Shown here piece after piece: positions 1 through 8,068 of a stretch of 32,000 nucleotides of DNA. A model generated the notes under the pieces. That model ran no database searches and was not told the DNA's origin. It saw only the letters and a program-made list of their open reading frames with translations. The DNA is from Geobacter sulfurreducens PCA (GTDB lineage Bacteria > Desulfobacterota > Desulfuromonadia > Geobacterales > Geobacteraceae): contig NC_002939.5 of NCBI RefSeq assembly GCF_000007985.2, positions 1,530,001 to 1,562,000 on the forward strand, written 5' to 3'. Positions within the stretch are counted from its first letter, which is position 1, and every line of letters starts with the position of its first letter. Position numbers and translations under genes: made by a program.

Positions 1-22
1 CGGTTGAGGATGTCGCCATAAG

Positions 23-540
23 GTGTTCCCCGCACATGCGGGGATGAACCGACGCCTATGACCACGCGGCGAAGATCATCGGTGTGTTCCCCGCACATGC
101 GGGGATGAACCGCGGTAGACCTACTGGTGGACTCCGGGCTCTCCCGTGTTCCCCGCACATGCGGGGATGAACCGCCGCTCCAGTTCGGCAACGTGGACCA
201 GATCCGGTGTTCCCCGCACATGCGGGGATGAACCGGTAGAATGGCTTTTCGGCGACGCGCTCCGAGAGTGTTCCCCGCACATGCGGGGATGAACCGTGGA
301 CGAGCGCAGTCAGGAGAAGTTGCTCGTCGTGTTCCCCGCACATGCGGGGATGAACCGCTCCAACGAATTGCCGCCATCGAGCGCCATCAGTGTTCCCCGC
401 ACATGCGGGGATGAACCGACAATTCCGCCGGTGCGGTAGATGTGTTGGTAGTGTTCCCCGCACATGCGGGGATGAACCGTCCAGCATTGCCTTGCCGTGT
501 CCGGATTTGCGGTGTTCCCCGCCTGCGCGGGGATGAACCG
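23..540 (+). CRISPR. Type I-E-like CRISPR array, trailer end. Nine 29-bp repeats GTGTTCCCCGCACATGCGGGGATGAACCG start at 23, 84, 146, 207, 268, 329, 390, 451 and 512. Spacers are 32-33 bp. Bases 1-22 are a partial spacer, so the array continues off the left edge.
   Basis: I counted the repeats directly; the period is 61-62 bp. The repeat has an internal palindrome, CCCCGC/GCGGGG with a 4-nt loop, and resembles the E. coli I-E repeat GAGTTCCCCGCGCCAGCGGGGATAAACCG. The last repeat (512-540) is degenerate (GCCTGCGC instead of GCACATGC), which is typical of the leader-distal end. Confidence 0.97.
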
Positions 541-562
541 CCCTTTCGGAGTGCAAGGGCTT

Positions 563-588
563 GTGTTCACGGGACGGGATGGCCTGGA
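563..588 (+). repeat. Possible decayed CRISPR repeat remnant (GTGTTCACGGGACGGGATGGCCTGGA) just beyond the last repeat
   Basis: It shares the GTGTTC 5' end and the GGGATG core with the repeat, but it has internal deletions and only 22 bp of spacing. This rests on hand alignment only. Confidence 0.3.
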
Positions 589-658
589 GCCGGACGATGC
601 GTGTCTGCTCCTAATGGCTTCATCCATTTCTGCAACGTGTAGTTACGGTGGTGCTCTT

Positions 659-701
659 TGGAAAAAAGAAGACGGCCCCCATCATCGGGAGCCGTCTTCT
701 T
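659..701 (-). terminator. Rho-independent terminator downstream of the multicopper oxidase gene
   Basis: An 11-bp perfect stem (AAGAAGACGGC at 666-676, GCCGTCTTCTT at 691-701) has a 14-nt loop. On the minus strand it is followed by a TTTTTTCC tract. It lies 41 nt after the stop codon at 742. Confidence 0.8.
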
Positions 702-741
702 GTCGTTCAAGTCCGCACGCATGCGGACGGGCCGCAACTTC

Positions 742-3700
742 TTACTGGATCGTCAGGTTGTTGACCACGAGCGCGCCGTTGGTGATGGTGAAGACCCCCT
801 GCAGGGTCGTCATGCCGGTGCTGGTGCCGAAGAGCGCGTCGTAACCGCCGCGGAACGTGACGGTGCCGGTGGTGTTCAGGTTGACTGCAGGTTCGACGAA
901 CAGAACCCCAAAGGCCTGGATGGTGTTGCCTGAAGCCGCTGCAGTGAATGCGGCCGCCAGGCTCGGATAGTAGGTAGTGTTGATCCGGACCGGGTTGGTG
1001 GTGGGCGAGATGCCTGTACCACTCAGGCTGATGTTCGGCACGGGAGAGGCGGCGTCATTGGAAGTGATCTGCAGGTTAGCCGTCACAATCCCTGCTGTCG
1101 TGGGAGCGAACGTGACGGAGAAGGTGCAGTTGGCGGCCGGGGCGATCGTCACCGGCAGGGTGCCGCAGGAACCGTTCTGGATCGTGAACATGGCCGCATT
1201 GCCGCCCGATGGGGTGAACGCGGTTACATCAAGGGGCAGTTGTCCGGTGTTGGTTACGGTGATGTTAGTCGGGCTCGAGGTGAAGCCGACGGTTACGTTA
1301 CCGAAGTTTGCCGTCAGCGGGGAAACCGTGATTATCGGTCTGGAGATGACGGCCGTGTCGGCGGAAAGGACGTTGGACACCGGCGAATCGCCGAGGGCGT
1401 TGTAGGCGACTACCCGATACCGGTAGGTGGTCGTCGAGTTGACCGCCAGGTCGGTATAGCTGGTGGCGTTCGCCAGAGCCGTCCCGATGGGGGCGAAGTC
1501 GGTGCAGCTGCTGCCGGCGCAGCGCTCGACCCGGAAGCCGATTTCGTTTTTCGGGTTGCCCAGAGTCGTGGGCGCGCTCGGCGGCGTAGAATCGGTCCAG
1601 TTGAGCACCACGCTGTTGACGGTGACGATGGCCGTGTTCAGGGTCGGCGCGTCCGGCAGGTTGGTGACGGGAATGAACTGCATGGGCCGCATCATGTCGT
1701 TTTCTTCATGGCTCAGGATGTGGCAGTGCCAGACGTATTCCCAGTCGAAGTTCATGAATCGGTTGATGTTGGGCGTTGCCCATGCCTGACCGGTTGTCGG
1801 GTCGACCATGGAGAGCTCGGTGGTGTCGCCGAGGGGGGTTGCCGGGTTCAGGGGACGGAAGCTGTTGGGCACGCCGAACGGCATCTTGGGCTTAACCGGC
1901 TTCATGGCGACGATGGTGTCCTCGAGCGGACTGATCCGGACGGTATCCTTCCAGCCCAGTTCGGTGGGGTCGGGCAGGCGGATGAAGCCGTCCCAGCCGA
2001 CCCGGTTGAGCACCTGGACGTCGAAGAGGTGGAAGTGGACCGGGTGCGTGTCCACGCCGTTGTGGGTGATTTTCCAGATCTGGATGCCGTCTTCCTGGAG
2101 CACTTCCGTTGCCGGGTCGCTGTAGGTCTGGACGATGAAGTTGACGCGGCCGGCGCCGGGGGTGATCAGTTCGAGGCCGAGGGCGGCGCGCATGCGGCCG
2201 TAGTCGTCGAAGGTTTCGCCCTGCTCGTCCTGGATCGCCTTGAACTTCATGGGCATGCCGCCTTTGGTGGTCTTGGTGGGATCCCAGGGCAGGGGCGTGG
2301 TGTCGGCAGGGTTGTACTGGTAGGTGGTTGATCCGTCGCTGCCGATGAAGTTGAGGACCTTGTCGTTGATGCGGGAGACGCCCCAGTTGGGCCACGAGGT
2401 GGGGAACACCCGGTCGTAGGCCTTGTTGTAGGCATCATAGGTTTCGGGGAACAGGAAGGCGCTGAAGACAGCAGGGTCGCCGGCGGGGTTCATGTTGCCC
2501 TGACCCACGATGATCGGGTCCTGTGAGCGCTGGAAGACGCTGGGCTGGCCTCCGGAGTTGCTGCCCGAGGTGAAGGCGGCCTGCAGCGCGGCGAGGTTGA
2601 AAGGAGCACCGGCGCCGGCTGCGACGCGAATTTTCATGATGGTGCGGGTGTTGGGGCCGAAGCCGGCCAGCGTGGTGTCGGCGCCGCCCATGGCGCGGTT
2701 GTCCGGTGCGCCGGTGTAGTAGTCGTAGTGCGGATCAATTGCGGGCCAGGGGGCAGGCGCGTCATTGTAGAGGATCAGGGTCTGTCCGGCGTACTGGGAG
2801 AAGTCGACGATCACGTCGGCCCGTTCGGCGGGGCCAAGTATGAGCGAGCCGCCGTTGACGTTACCGGCGTTGAAGGTGGTTACGTCGTTGTTCCAGGTGA
2901 CCGGGTGGCTGGGAATGACCACGGGCTTGGGCAGGAAGCCGCCCTCGGTGCCGATCATGACCCAGTCGGGACCCCGGGTGGTCCAGTCGGGGATGCCGCC
3001 GGGACGGCCGTCGGCAGGCCACGTGGCGGGCCAGGTCGGATCCGTCGAGTAGTCCAGGGCCGGAAGCATTTTCACTTCTGTCTCGGTGGCACAACCGCCG
3101 AGCGCCAGACACTTGGCGTCGGAGCCCGGCGTGGCGTTGGGATCCACCGTCGGATCGGCCTTGTAGAGCTGCAGGTTGACGAACCGGTCATGGTTCGCGT
3201 TGAGGACGCGGAGCCGGTAGGGCTTGGGATCCACGTCGACGACCGGATAGGCGGTGCCGTTGACGAGGGGGGTATCCATGAACGCTTCAGCTCCCCATGA
3301 AGGGTTGGGGGTGCTCGGAATCTCGGGGGGCTGGCAGAACTGGCCGTAAGGGCCGCCCAGCAAGCCAGGCGTGGTGGCGGGGTCGCCCGCCGGATCGCAC
3401 GCAGCACTGTAGTAGGGGTTGGGGATCGGCTGGAACGGGTTGTTGGTGGCGGGCCAGAAGTAAGGTCCGTAGGCCCAGCGTCCCATGGGGGCGATGCCGG
3501 TGATGTCGAAGGGGTTCTGGGCCGGCATGTAGACGTGGGGCCACCAGAGATCGCCCTTGACCGGCGTCATGGGACCGGTTCCCGTCCAGGGCTGGCTACC
3601 CCAGGCCCAGGTAGGGTCGGTGGCGACGATGGTGGCCGGGTCAACGAAGGTCTTGTCTTCAATGACCAGCGGAAGCTCCGCGGAAGGGATGGTTCCGGCG

Positions 3701-4653
3701 GTGATCAGTTCCTGCTCCACAGCGTCCCTGATCAGGTAGCCGGCCGCCTCGCCCACGTAGACGTTGAGGCGGGTGATGCCCCAGGCGTGGTCATGGTAAA
3801 ACAGCATGCGGGAGCTCTGCTGGTTGGTCCAGTAGTAGGTCTGGGCGCCGGGACCCGGGTCGGGCATGTCCGGTACGTTTTCCACGCTGACCCCCGTGGG
3901 GTAGTCGGTCATCTCGCCGGCGGGGGTGATCCACTGGTGAGGGGTGCCGTCACTGATCCAGGGGGTGCGGCCGCCGTGCAGGTGCAGTTCGGCCCGGTTC
4001 TGGGTGAAGGTGCCCGACTTGAGGGCCGTTGCCTGCTTCGTGACCGGATCGTAGTCGATCTGGAAGGGACCCGAGCCCATGACCGTCTGGTCGACGGGGA
4101 TGAAAAGGTTGCCGCCGGCGCCGGTGGGGAGCTTGTTGATGAACTTTACCCGTACGGGCCGGTCCTTCTGGGCAACGATAATGGGGCCCAGGTGACGGGG
4201 GCCGGGTGCCGGAGCCACGGTGTTGTTGGCTGTCGTACAGGGGGTGGCCAGGTTCAGCGACGGATCGGTACACGAGGTCGTGTCAGTGCCGTTGTTCACC
4301 TGGACGTAGCCCCGCAGGGTGGTCGGCGGCAGGTCGGAATGCATCTGCTCCGAGTATTGCCGCAGTTCGATTTCGTAATAATCGGAGCCGGGGTAGGTGG
4401 TGATGTCGGGTACGGCCACGGACAGAAACTGCCCTAGGTTGTTGGCGTTGCCGCTGCCGAGTCCCGGCAGGGTGTCGACGAATTTCCGCATGGGCGGGCT
4501 GTTCGCCCAGTTGGGGGTGGTCAGGTAGTCCGGCGTATCGCCGGGACCGATGGGGGTCTTGTCCGGCTTGAGGAACGCCAGCGCGGTGCCGGTACCGGAC
4601 CCGAGAGTGAGAATCGCTATGGCCGTGGCCAATAACATGCGTGCGGAAGTCAT
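742..4653 (-). CDS. ompB: Large secreted multicopper oxidase with a fibronectin type III-like domain and a C-terminal beta-rich extension (OmpB-like)
   Basis: Four copper-ligand motifs are present: LHLHGG, FYHDHAWG, HPVHFHLFD and WHCHILSHEENDMM (HCHxxxHxxxxM). There is an N-terminal signal peptide (LLATAIAILTLGSGTGTALA). An FN3-like segment (LNWTDS...YRYRVVAYNALGDS) follows the oxidase core. The SD AAAGGAGA lies upstream; ATG at 4653 is preferred over the TTG at 4659 used by the ORF track. The gene symbol comes from recollection of Geobacter sulfurreducens OmpB and is not verified. Confidence 0.9.
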   Translation of the reverse strand: MTSARMLLATAIAILTLGSGTGTALAFLKPDKTPIGPGDTPDYLTTPNWANSPPMRKFVDTLPGLGSGNANNLGQFLSVAVPDITTYPGSDYYEIELRQYSEQMHSDLPPTTLRGYVQVNNGTDTTSCTDPSLNLATPCTTANNTVAPAPGPRHLGPIIVAQKDRPVRVKFINKLPTGAGGNLFIPVDQTVMGSGPFQIDYDPVTKQATALKSGTFTQNRAELHLHGGRTPWISDGTPHQWITPAGEMTDYPTGVSVENVPDMPDPGPGAQTYYWTNQQSSRMLFYHDHAWGITRLNVYVGEAAGYLIRDAVEQELITAGTIPSAELPLVIEDKTFVDPATIVATDPTWAWGSQPWTGTGPMTPVKGDLWWPHVYMPAQNPFDITGIAPMGRWAYGPYFWPATNNPFQPIPNPYYSAACDPAGDPATTPGLLGGPYGQFCQPPEIPSTPNPSWGAEAFMDTPLVNGTAYPVVDVDPKPYRLRVLNANHDRFVNLQLYKADPTVDPNATPGSDAKCLALGGCATETEVKMLPALDYSTDPTWPATWPADGRPGGIPDWTTRGPDWVMIGTEGGFLPKPVVIPSHPVTWNNDVTTFNAGNVNGGSLILGPAERADVIVDFSQYAGQTLILYNDAPAPWPAIDPHYDYYTGAPDNRAMGGADTTLAGFGPNTRTIMKIRVAAGAGAPFNLAALQAAFTSGSNSGGQPSVFQRSQDPIIVGQGNMNPAGDPAVFSAFLFPETYDAYNKAYDRVFPTSWPNWGVSRINDKVLNFIGSDGSTTYQYNPADTTPLPWDPTKTTKGGMPMKFKAIQDEQGETFDDYGRMRAALGLELITPGAGRVNFIVQTYSDPATEVLQEDGIQIWKITHNGVDTHPVHFHLFDVQVLNRVGWDGFIRLPDPTELGWKDTVRISPLEDTIVAMKPVKPKMPFGVPNSFRPLNPATPLGDTTELSMVDPTTGQAWATPNINRFMNFDWEYVWHCHILSHEENDMMRPMQFIPVTNLPDAPTLNTAIVTVNSVVLNWTDSTPPSAPTTLGNPKNEIGFRVERCAGSSCTDFAPIGTALANATSYTDLAVNSTTTYRYRVVAYNALGDSPVSNVLSADTAVISRPIITVSPLTANFGNVTVGFTSSPTNITVTNTGQLPLDVTAFTPSGGNAAMFTIQNGSCGTLPVTIAPAANCTFSVTFAPTTAGIVTANLQITSNDAASPVPNISLSGTGISPTTNPVRINTTYYPSLAAAFTAAASGNTIQAFGVLFVEPAVNLNTTGTVTFRGGYDALFGTSTGMTTLQGVFTITNGALVVNNLTIQ

Positions 4654-4744
4654 GATCAAATGTCTCCTTTGTGCTGGCTATAACCCGTCGGAACCGGGTG
4701 TTGCTGGCTTCAGGCTACTCATTAGTGCGGCCGGCCCACGGTTG

Positions 4745-5002
4745 TCAGTCCGCCGCACGCACGTTTGCGTCACGCACCTTGCGCAGTTCATCGCGCCGCT
4801 TCTTCGCATCTTCACGTTTTTTAACCACGTTTCTCTGGGCCTGGGGCACCTTGCTGCCAGCGGCATTTACGTCATAACGCGCAGCTGGTTCACCCTTCTG
4901 GCGCTTTTGCCGGGGCGCCTTGGAGGGCTCCGCCCCCATGCCCGACGCGACCAGAATGCCGGAAATCAGTAATCCGGTTACTGCTCCCATCAGTCTTTTC
5001 AT
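4745..5002 (-). CDS. Small secreted, highly basic (Lys/Arg-rich) hypothetical protein
   Basis: An 85-aa ORF has a signal peptide (MKRLMGAVTGLLISGILVASGMGA) and a strong SD (AAGGAGAA) 6-7 nt upstream of the ATG. It lies directly upstream of the oxidase gene on the same strand. Confidence 0.6.
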   Translation of the reverse strand: MKRLMGAVTGLLISGILVASGMGAEPSKAPRQKRQKGEPAARYDVNAAGSKVPQAQRNVVKKREDAKKRRDELRKVRDANVRAAD

Positions 5003-5264
5003 GGCCTATTCTCCTTTTCCGAAAGTTGATACTCAATGCGGATGCAGGGTCATCAAATCGGCTTACAAGCACAGGTTGAACAGATCGGCTTGACTGAGTG
5101 TTCAGTTTGTGTATCGATGAGTATACTGCTCTGTATATATGGTGTAAACAGGCGGCAGGTATTTTTAGAAATTATTTGTTGTTAATACGTTAGGCGGCGG
5201 GGCAGGGGCGCGCCGGCAAGAGTGCTGGTGGTATCCTCAGATGGGGACTTCCGTCCCTTTCGCC

Positions 5265-5618
5265 CTATCTGACCCTATTGAGATCATCGATCTTTACGAT
5301 ATATTCATCGCCGATGCAGACGCACGCGCCGCCCAGAAAGGGATTGTCCAGGCCAACGGTGATTTCGCTGTGGTCGGCGACCTTGATCATCCTCCAGCCG
5401 CCCGGCTCTATCACGTTCAGATAGTCGAACGACAGGGCGTTGCAGCGGGTCCCGCACAGATCCTGCCCCATCTGCGGGTCGGCCTGTGAGCCTTCCGCGG
5501 GCTGATAGCGGTAGTCCTTGACGATGAAAACCCGTTCTCCTTCGTGTTCCTGGCAGTGGACGCAGGGAGGGAGCGCGAGAGTCAGGAGGAGCAGGGGGGC
5601 AAGCAGTTGTTTCAACAT
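5265..5618 (-). CDS. Small secreted Cys-containing hypothetical protein (117 aa)
   Basis: The internal ATG at 5618 is preceded by the SD GGGAGAA and starts with a signal-like MLKQLLAPLLLLTLALPP. It begins 18 nt after the stop of the upstream cytochrome gene. The longer 147-aa N-terminus in the ORF track is Arg-rich and overlaps that gene. Confidence 0.6.
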   Translation of the reverse strand: MLKQLLAPLLLLTLALPPCVHCQEHEGERVFIVKDYRYQPAEGSQADPQMGQDLCGTRCNALSFDYLNVIEPGGWRMIKVADHSEITVGLDNPFLGGACVCIGDEYIVKIDDLNRVR

Positions 5619-5635
5619 GGCATTCTCCCTTCGGG

Positions 5636-7339
5636 TCACGGAATGACCCATTCGCTGCGCCGTTCGAGCTTGGGCGATTCTCCTTTGCCGAGCTGCACGA
5701 TATAGCACCCCTTGGATGCATAGCGCTGGCCCGGACCGAAGCTGACCCGCTCGTAGAGGGGGTAGTACATGTCGGTCATCATGCCGATGCTGTCCAGCAG
5801 GAAGTCCCGGTAGTATTCCGCCCGCATTTCCATCAGTGCCTTGCCCAGGACCTCGCCGGTGATGAACGACTCCCGGATGATCTTCTGGTCAAAGGACTGG
5901 ATGTCTTTGCCGGGCAGAACTTTTTTCACGGCAATGTCGAAACGGACGTCTTCCTGGGGCAGCCGGTAGGGGTAGGTCAGGTAGAGGCGGTCACGCAGCG
6001 GCTCGGGAATGCTCCAGAGCGCTTTGCCCAGATAGGTGCCGGAGGCCAGGAGGACCGTCGGTTGTTCTTCCTTGCCGGCTGCGGCTCCGGTCAGGGCGGG
6101 CAGGGCCGAATCGTCGTCCCAGACCAGCAATGCCGCTGGCCGGCGGGTGTCGAGGATCTCCCTGATCAGCTTGTCCGTGAGGCGTTCCCCCTTGGTCAGG
6201 CGGATGTCGAGGGGGGCGGCGTGCCCACGCTGCTGCCAGATGGTGCGGAATCCATCGGCCAGGGCCTCGCCCTTGCGGCTATCCCTGATCACCTGAACCA
6301 CGGGGCGGTTGCCGAAGAGGCCCGCCATGCCGTTGAGGTACCGGGCGGCGGCTTCCCCTTCCTGCCTGACGCCGCGCGAAAAATAGAGTGTGTACCAGTC
6401 GGTGTCGGAGATGACCGGGTAATCGACCACGGGGAAAAGGTTGGGGATGCGGTTCTCCTCGCAGAACCGGTGCACCGGTTCCCACTCTCCCTCGGAGATT
6501 CCGCCAAGCAGGGCGAAGACCGGTTCGTTGCGGTAGTATTGGTCAAGCTGGGCCCGCCAGGTTTCGGGCGGACCTTTCAGGGTCCAGCGGGACAGGGTGA
6601 AGCTCATACTGTGGAGGTCGCCGAGCATGTTGTACGCCATGCGCGCCACCCGGGAATTCTTCTTGGCCGCAAGGGTGAGACTGTTTTTCCGGTCTACGCT
6701 GAACTGGATGGGGGTCAGCATGGATTCTACCGCAAGAGGGTTGGTTCCCTCCACGATCACCGTGGCGAACTTGATCTCAGATGTGCCGACGCCCGGTGAC
6801 GGTTTGTCGGAGAGCGCCTTCAGGTAGGCGATGAGGATTGCCATGTCCCGGTCGCCGAGTTCGTAGCGGGGCATCACGTAGAGTACCGAGCGGCCGGTGG
6901 GGTCGATCCCCGTGGCGATCAGGCTTGCCAGCGTTTCGTCGGTGTAGGCCGGCCTGACCGGCAGGTTCTTGGCGTAGTTGGAGACGGAGGGGATGAATTC
7001 CGAACCGGGAATGAACGGCTTGCGCTCCTGGTAGAGCACCCGGCCGTTGGTGGGGGGGGTGACCACCTCTCCTTCGAAGGAGCCGAGGCCGCTGTGCAGG
7101 TGGCAGCTTACGCAGGTGAATGCCGTGCCGTCCACCGGCACGTCTCCGCTCACGAACGCCTTCATGGGGGCACCCGAGGGGAGAACCCCCTCCCGGTACA
7201 TCCGTTCGCCCTGGCGCATCTCTTCGGGAGACAGCGCGGCGGTCGGCGCTGCGGCGCGGCCTGTCGCGGCGGAGCACAGCAGCATGAGCAGCATGGCAAC
7301 AGCGGAAAGAGCAAGACGTTTACCGGTCACGCAGATCAT
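5636..7339 (-). CDS. Periplasmic fusion protein: monoheme c-type cytochrome domain plus type-1 periplasmic binding protein (LivK/Peripla_BP_6-like) domain
   Basis: There is a signal peptide (LALSAVAMLLMLLCSAATGRAAA) and a single CXXCH motif (FTCVSCHLH) in the N-terminal roughly 100 aa. The remaining roughly 450 aa resemble branched-chain amino-acid/amide-type solute-binding proteins by eye. The ATGA overlap with the upstream SCO1 gene spans 7336-7339. Confidence 0.75.
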   Translation of the reverse strand: MICVTGKRLALSAVAMLLMLLCSAATGRAAAPTAALSPEEMRQGERMYREGVLPSGAPMKAFVSGDVPVDGTAFTCVSCHLHSGLGSFEGEVVTPPTNGRVLYQERKPFIPGSEFIPSVSNYAKNLPVRPAYTDETLASLIATGIDPTGRSVLYVMPRYELGDRDMAILIAYLKALSDKPSPGVGTSEIKFATVIVEGTNPLAVESMLTPIQFSVDRKNSLTLAAKKNSRVARMAYNMLGDLHSMSFTLSRWTLKGPPETWRAQLDQYYRNEPVFALLGGISEGEWEPVHRFCEENRIPNLFPVVDYPVISDTDWYTLYFSRGVRQEGEAAARYLNGMAGLFGNRPVVQVIRDSRKGEALADGFRTIWQQRGHAAPLDIRLTKGERLTDKLIREILDTRRPAALLVWDDDSALPALTGAAAGKEEQPTVLLASGTYLGKALWSIPEPLRDRLYLTYPYRLPQEDVRFDIAVKKVLPGKDIQSFDQKIIRESFITGEVLGKALMEMRAEYYRDFLLDSIGMMTDMYYPLYERVSFGPGQRYASKGCYIVQLGKGESPKLERRSEWVIP

Positions 7340-7917
7340 TTCAACCCCGCTTTGGTAAGTTCATTCATCAATTCTACGTTGCTGATGAGGCCATAGATCC
7401 TTGTCCATTTGCCGTCGACCGGCGAACGGATGAAGGTCAGGGGCTTGTGGTCCATTTTGTTCCGAAAGTAGGAATTGAAGGCGTTCATGACCCGGTCGAT
7501 GTCCTTGCGTGAGCCCGACAGAAAATCCCACCCCGGCTTGGCGCGGTAGCGCGCGAGGTAGTCGCGCATGACCTGGGGGGTGTCGTTTTCGGGGTCGATG
7601 GAGACGGACACCAGGTGGATTTTCTTCAAGTCAGGGCCCAGCTTGGTCTGGAGATTGGTGTAGGTGGCGGACAGGACCGGGCAGATGGTGGTGCAGGTGC
7701 CGAAGATGAAGTCAACCACCACGGGCTGGTTTGATTCGACGAGCTCCTTGAACCGGACCTTTTTCCCGTCCTGGTTGATGAGGGTCACGTCGGGCATGCT
7801 GTAGCTCTCTACGGAGCGCTGGTATGAACGGGATGCTGCGGTGGCATGACTTGCAAGGGCAAGGCAGGCGGCAATGGCCAGGAAGGAACGAAGGATCGGT
7901 CTTATGAGGGTATGCAT
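7336..7917 (-). CDS. SCO1/SenC-family thioredoxin-fold copper chaperone
   Basis: It carries the CxxxCP motif (FGTCTTICP), a conserved distal His (MDHKP) and a signal peptide (ILRSFLAIAACLALASHATAA) after the internal ATG at 7917. The ORF-track start at 8058 would add 47 non-signal residues. The start position is uncertain. Confidence 0.8.
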   Translation of the reverse strand: MHTLIRPILRSFLAIAACLALASHATAASRSYQRSVESYSMPDVTLINQDGKKVRFKELVESNQPVVVDFIFGTCTTICPVLSATYTNLQTKLGPDLKKIHLVSVSIDPENDTPQVMRDYLARYRAKPGWDFLSGSRKDIDRVMNAFNSYFRNKMDHKPLTFIRSPVDGKWTRIYGLISNVELMNELTKAGLK

Positions 7918-8068
7918 GCGGATGTCATGACCTCCGGTCGAATTTGTCAAAGGGATCACTTGCTGGTTGCGATGAACGCACGATTGGGTATTAGCATAGC
8001 CGACAGCCGGCGGTTTGTCCAAAGCGCCCAACAAATTTTTGTTGGTAAATTGTTTCACTAGCCTTGTG

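Noticed and set aside
56-844. ORF-track ORFs of 66-166 aa (56..556, 310..627, 442..642, 497..844) lie across the CRISPR array and trailer.
   Set aside because: Their periodic peptide repeats (for example FIPACAGNT and VHPRMCGEH) are simply translations of the 29-bp CRISPR repeat. They are not genes.
5540-5560. The CVHCQ motif in the 117-aa secreted protein could have been a heme c attachment site.
   Set aside because: The motif is CxxCQ, not CxxCH, and it sits at the predicted signal-peptide boundary. It is not a canonical heme-binding site.
8027-8048. The hairpin CCAACAAATTTTTGTTGG downstream of corA could have been a terminator.
   Set aside because: The stem is AT-rich (7 bp), and no U-tract follows it on the minus strand. 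It may still contribute to termination, but it does not meet the usual criteria.
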